Shown: positions 60,530 to 64,000 of the stretch, piece after piece
How the letters are laid out: each line of letters starts with the position of its first letter
How positions within the stretch are numbered: position 1 is the first letter of the stretch
Assembly (NCBI RefSeq): GCF_024521635.1
Contig: NW_026250406.1
Location: 248,001-312,000 of the forward strand
Reading direction: 5' to 3'
DNA from: Tricharina praecox
Lineage: Eukaryota
Length of the DNA stretch: 64,000 nt
The notes under the pieces: generated by a model
The model's input: the letters and a program-made list of their open reading frames with translations, nothing else
The model's database searches: none
What the model was told of the DNA's origin: nothing
Program-made: the position numbers and the translations under genes

Positions 60530-62368
60530 ATGCTTTCACTAGGGCTTCCCATCAATCGCAAGGCCGTTGACCCCCGCATGCAGCTCCAAGGCGAGTGCAA
60601 CCGCATGATCCGCCGCGCGTTGAGGCGCATCCTCTATAGCACGGGTCAGAAATGGAAGTTCAGCGTGCGAGTGACAGGAGAAATTCAGCAGGACCGATCA
60701 AATTTCCGGGGCGTTGGAACACCGTTGGCGCTGCAGATCGTGGACACCGAGGAAGCATCGGTCATAGGCCCGGTCATTGCGGCTGTCGACGACGCTCTTG
60801 GGCAGTTCCCGGATAGCCACCGCTACCCTATCAACTGCATCGTCTCGCGTGATCGGGCGGGTGATAGGCCTGTTTCGGCCAGGATAGACGTTGGCTGGCG
60901 TGGCAATTCGAAGGCGCGCTTCCTGGAGGTAGTTGCCAAGGCCGCGACGGCGGTGCTGGGGAAGTACAGCCCGGTCTTGTTCAAGGTCGGCATCGCAATC
61001 AATGATTGCAAGGACGGCGAGGAGCCGGCCCAGACGGTGGAGCCGGAGGATCCGAAGGACCCCGTGCAAGAAGCTCTGGCTTTTCACATACTTGGCGACA
61101 TTCGGCAGCAGACGTGGGACCTCGGCCTCGGCCGGGGATACCACTTGTCGGTTCAGCTGAACCGAATCGACGCGGGTTGGGCTCTTCGGCCCTCAAAGTT
61201 TGCGTCGCGTCGCCCGGCCACCATAACTGCTCGGACGAGGCAGCTATTCCTGCCTCCGAGAATCGGCCCCTCCGGCCGGAAGGCTCTGGAGCCGATCAGC
61301 CACCAGGCTTCCATGACTGCTCCGACGACGCCGCCCTTCCCGCCTTCGAGGATCGGCCCCTCCGGCCGAATTTCACTGCGTCCGACCGACTACCCAGAAC
61401 CGACAACTGCTCCGACGTGGGCGCCATTTCTGCCTCCTCCCATCGGTATCTCTGGCCGAGATGTCTACCGCCCCCCTACCCCGCTGTCCCCACGCCCCAC
61501 CCCCAACCCCGCCCCCGGACAACTCCCCCACCGTGCTCTAGCTTATGAGCAAATATTGGCTCCCCCCGACAGGACGTTCCCCCATCCAAGGACAAAACCC
61601 TTTAGTTGGGATAAGCCCCGTCCTGGGGATGAGCCTGCACCAACGATTGCTCCGACGAGACCGCGATCTCTGCCTCCGAGCATCGGCCCCGCGGCCCCGC
61701 TGACCCCAAGGCCCTCCCCCAACCCCGCCCCCTCCCTAGCCTTCCACTATGCTCAAGCTAATGACCCTGCACGAACGACTGCGCCGAACAGATCGCGGTT
61801 TGGTCCCACGAGCTTCGACCCCTCTGTCCGGCCCATTTTCCGTCCCACTGCCCCGCTGACCCCAAGCCCCTTCCCCAACCTCGCCCCCTTCCTAATCCCC
61901 CACTATGCTCTAGATAATGACCCTACACGAAAGAATGCTCCGAACAGATCGCGGTTTTTCCCCACGAGCTCCGGCCCCTCTGTCCGGCCCATTCTCCGGC
62001 TCACTCCCCCGCTGGCCCCAACCCCCTTCCCCACCCTCGTCCCCGACGACGGCCCAGACATGCCGTCAGCAGCTGGGCACCGACCCACCCCCATCCAACC
62101 TCCCTCCCTCTTCCCTGCCCCCGCCCCCGCCCCGAGTGACAATCATTCTGTGGCAGGAGAGCCTTCCCAAGACGACAGCTCGGAGAGCAGCCGTGTCGTT
62201 GCTGGAAGTTCGGTTTGCTCATCATTCGGCGGAAACTTCACCGACGGCTCGGTCGACGGTGCTACGCCCTCGGGCAGTGGAAGTGAGAGGAGCGAAGAGG
62301 GACACGCTTCCGACTTCTGCTTCACTCCGGGCAAGGATGTGCTAGAGGAGGCGGACGACAGCAGCTAA
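60530..62368 (+). CDS. Hypothetical protein: globular-looking N-terminal ~230 aa, Pro-rich repeats and an acidic Ser-rich tail
   Basis: 612-codon ORF. Repeats PP(R/S)IGPSGR and APNRSRF.PTS..PSVRPI. The 5' end may be spliced (CTAAT...CTAG at 60527-60543). Confidence 0.65.
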   Translation: MLSLGLPINRKAVDPRMQLQGECNRMIRRALRRILYSTGQKWKFSVRVTGEIQQDRSNFRGVGTPLALQIVDTEEASVIGPVIAAVDDALGQFPDSHRYPINCIVSRDRAGDRPVSARIDVGWRGNSKARFLEVVAKAATAVLGKYSPVLFKVGIAINDCKDGEEPAQTVEPEDPKDPVQEALAFHILGDIRQQTWDLGLGRGYHLSVQLNRIDAGWALRPSKFASRRPATITARTRQLFLPPRIGPSGRKALEPISHQASMTAPTTPPFPPSRIGPSGRISLRPTDYPEPTTAPTWAPFLPPPIGISGRDVYRPPTPLSPRPTPNPAPGQLPHRALAYEQILAPPDRTFPHPRTKPFSWDKPRPGDEPAPTIAPTRPRSLPPSIGPAAPLTPRPSPNPAPSLAFHYAQANDPARTTAPNRSRFGPTSFDPSVRPIFRPTAPLTPSPFPNLAPFLIPHYALDNDPTRKNAPNRSRFFPTSSGPSVRPILRLTPPLAPTPFPTLVPDDGPDMPSAAGHRPTPIQPPSLFPAPAPAPSDNHSVAGEPSQDDSSESSRVVAGSSVCSSFGGNFTDGSVDGATPSGSGSERSEEGHASDFCFTPGKDVLEEADDSS

Positions 62369-63420
62369 GCGGGCTGGATCCTGGGGTATTGTGTGTCGAA
62401 ATGTGATTATTGTTCTCTGCGATATTTTTGGCGGCGACTTAGCCTTGGGTTCAGACACGCTGGCGGTATCCATGGACCCTTTCCTGTCCGTTGGTGAAGT
62501 GCGTGCTACTTATTTGTGCTGTCTTTTACTTGATTCTCTGCTCTGGCTGCTGCTCTGCTTTTCGATGACGGTTTTTCCGATTCTTCAGTCACGTCTTATT
62601 ATCTGTTCTATAGCAGAGTTCTCTTGTTATTTCTTTCCAGTCTCTTTGCAGTCTCTGCACTGTCTCATTGCTGTCTCTTTACCATCTCTCTACTGTTTCC
62701 TACCCACCTCATCCGTCAATCTCGCGGAATAGAGTTCCGTTGATCATGATCGGCGGACAGATAGGCCTGGAAGATAGGCCTGGAAGATAGGCCTGGAAGC
62801 CTGGAAGATATTTTACTGTGTAGAGCGACTATAATAAAATGTTTTTGCTTTTAATTCGTGCAGTTCTTCGGTGGTCTAGTCTGGTTGAAGTTGATGATAA
62901 GTACTTGGGTGACGCGGTACAGTGGATCATGCGATATCACGTCGGTCGTGTGGGCCACTTGCATGGGATAACTATCGCTGATCGGTTGGAACTTGGGCAT
63001 CAATAGTGACTATAGCTAGTACTGTAGCGACTGGAAACCAGTAGGCTCTTCGAGGGGTGCGCGGTGTGGAACCCCACCAGAAACACGCCGAGCTGAGGTC
63101 GAAGCCGGTTCTGGATGACGCAGCACTCCGCGGACGATCAGTTGACCAGGCAATGCTGAAGCTCCTAGCAGGACGGACGTAGGAGCGGGAACGGCAAACC
63201 ACCGCTGCTTATGATCATATGATTCCTTGTACCATACCTACCACAGCTTCTCTTTTGACATTCGTCGGTTTCATCCCCCTTTGTCGCTCGCCTCTCCTAC
63301 GGCGGAACAAAGAACGTTTGGCCTGCAAATACACGTCTTTCTTCCACGACCATGGGCCCGCAAGAGCCAAACCTCTTCCACTGATTGCACAGCGTGGCGT
63401 TGAAAAAACTGTCACCATGA

Positions 63421-64000
63421 CCCTTCCGCTCCTCGCCGACTGCCCACAGTTCACGTCCCCCCGCCTGCGGCGAACCAGGCGACTTCTATAGCGGTACAAA
63501 CGGCTACATCGACGCCGACGAGTGCAGCCTCTCGCCCGCCCATTTCGTCCTTGTCCCGCCAACGCCTACACCGCCCCTCGCCCGTCCGGGCCCCGTAATC
63601 TCCCCATCCCACGCATCCCACCAGTCCCACCCGTCCCACCCGCCGTGCCCGCCTAGGCCCACCAGAACCACCACACTCACCACCATCTTCCCTACCACCA
63701 GCAGCAGCAGCAGCACAACCACATACACGTGCAACCACCCACCCCCGGACCGCCGCTTCTACCTCTCGGACAGGGCAGTTATCGCTCTGGTGACGGTACT
63801 GATGCTGGTGTGTATGGCTGCCGTAGGGCTGTGGTGGTGGAGGTGGAGAAGGGCTCTGAAGCGTATGAATGCAAGGGCTGCGGCGGCGGCGAGGAAGGAG
63901 GGTAGGGCGGCGAAGGGGAGGGAGGAGGGGGAGGGTGGGGGTGGAGGCGGGGTGGGGAAGTGTAGGTGGAGGCGACGGGATGTGACGGTGGGCGGAGGGC
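63421..64000 (+). CDS. Possible single-pass membrane protein (Pro/Thr/Ser-rich stalk, TM helix, basic tail) running off the window; start unresolved
   Basis: Frame open from 63421: ...PTRTTTLTTIFPTTSSSSSTT...AVIALVTVLMLVCMAAVGLWWWRWRR. The upstream ATG at 63417 is in another frame. Confidence 0.3.

Noticed and set aside
62759..62810. 13-bp tandem repeat GATAGGCCTGGAA
   Set aside because: An ordinary short minisatellite with no further structure.

Overview
Intron-containing nuclear DNA from a filamentous ascomycete (Pezizomycotina, since it carries the Woronin-body gene hex-1; possibly Pezizomycetes, which is only an inference). Genes in order: the 3' part of 3-methylcrotonyl-CoA carboxylase beta, a mitochondrial PPR protein, a Cys-motif hypothetical protein, an MFS transporter, two tandem DUF2235/Tle1-like lipase genes, a divergently transcribed Ppo-type fatty-acid dioxygenase-P450 fusion, a WSC cell-wall sensor, an intronless Zn-macrodomain/SirTM fusion, a C2H2 zinc-finger protein, hex-1 and a Pro-rich orphan. 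Also present are five tRNA genes (3x Glu-CTC, Ser-CGA, Gly-TCC), a decayed hAT transposon, a copia gag relic, a fold-back/MITE, a two-copy solo-LTR-like repeat and many simple repeats. The main leads: (1) the hex-1 frame is open for 403 codons upstream of the canonical AUG, back to a CUG in strong context, inside about 1.8 kb with no AUG in any frame, which points to a non-AUG long isoform plus leaky scanning; (2) a lipase-lipase-oxygenase(-transporter) neighbourhood that could be an oxylipin module; (3) three in-phase splice donors and two alternative C-termini in the WSC sensor; (4) a ~580-bp repeat headed by an intact intron-containing tRNA-Glu. Exon boundaries were read by eye, and family assignments come from motif recognition rather than database searches.
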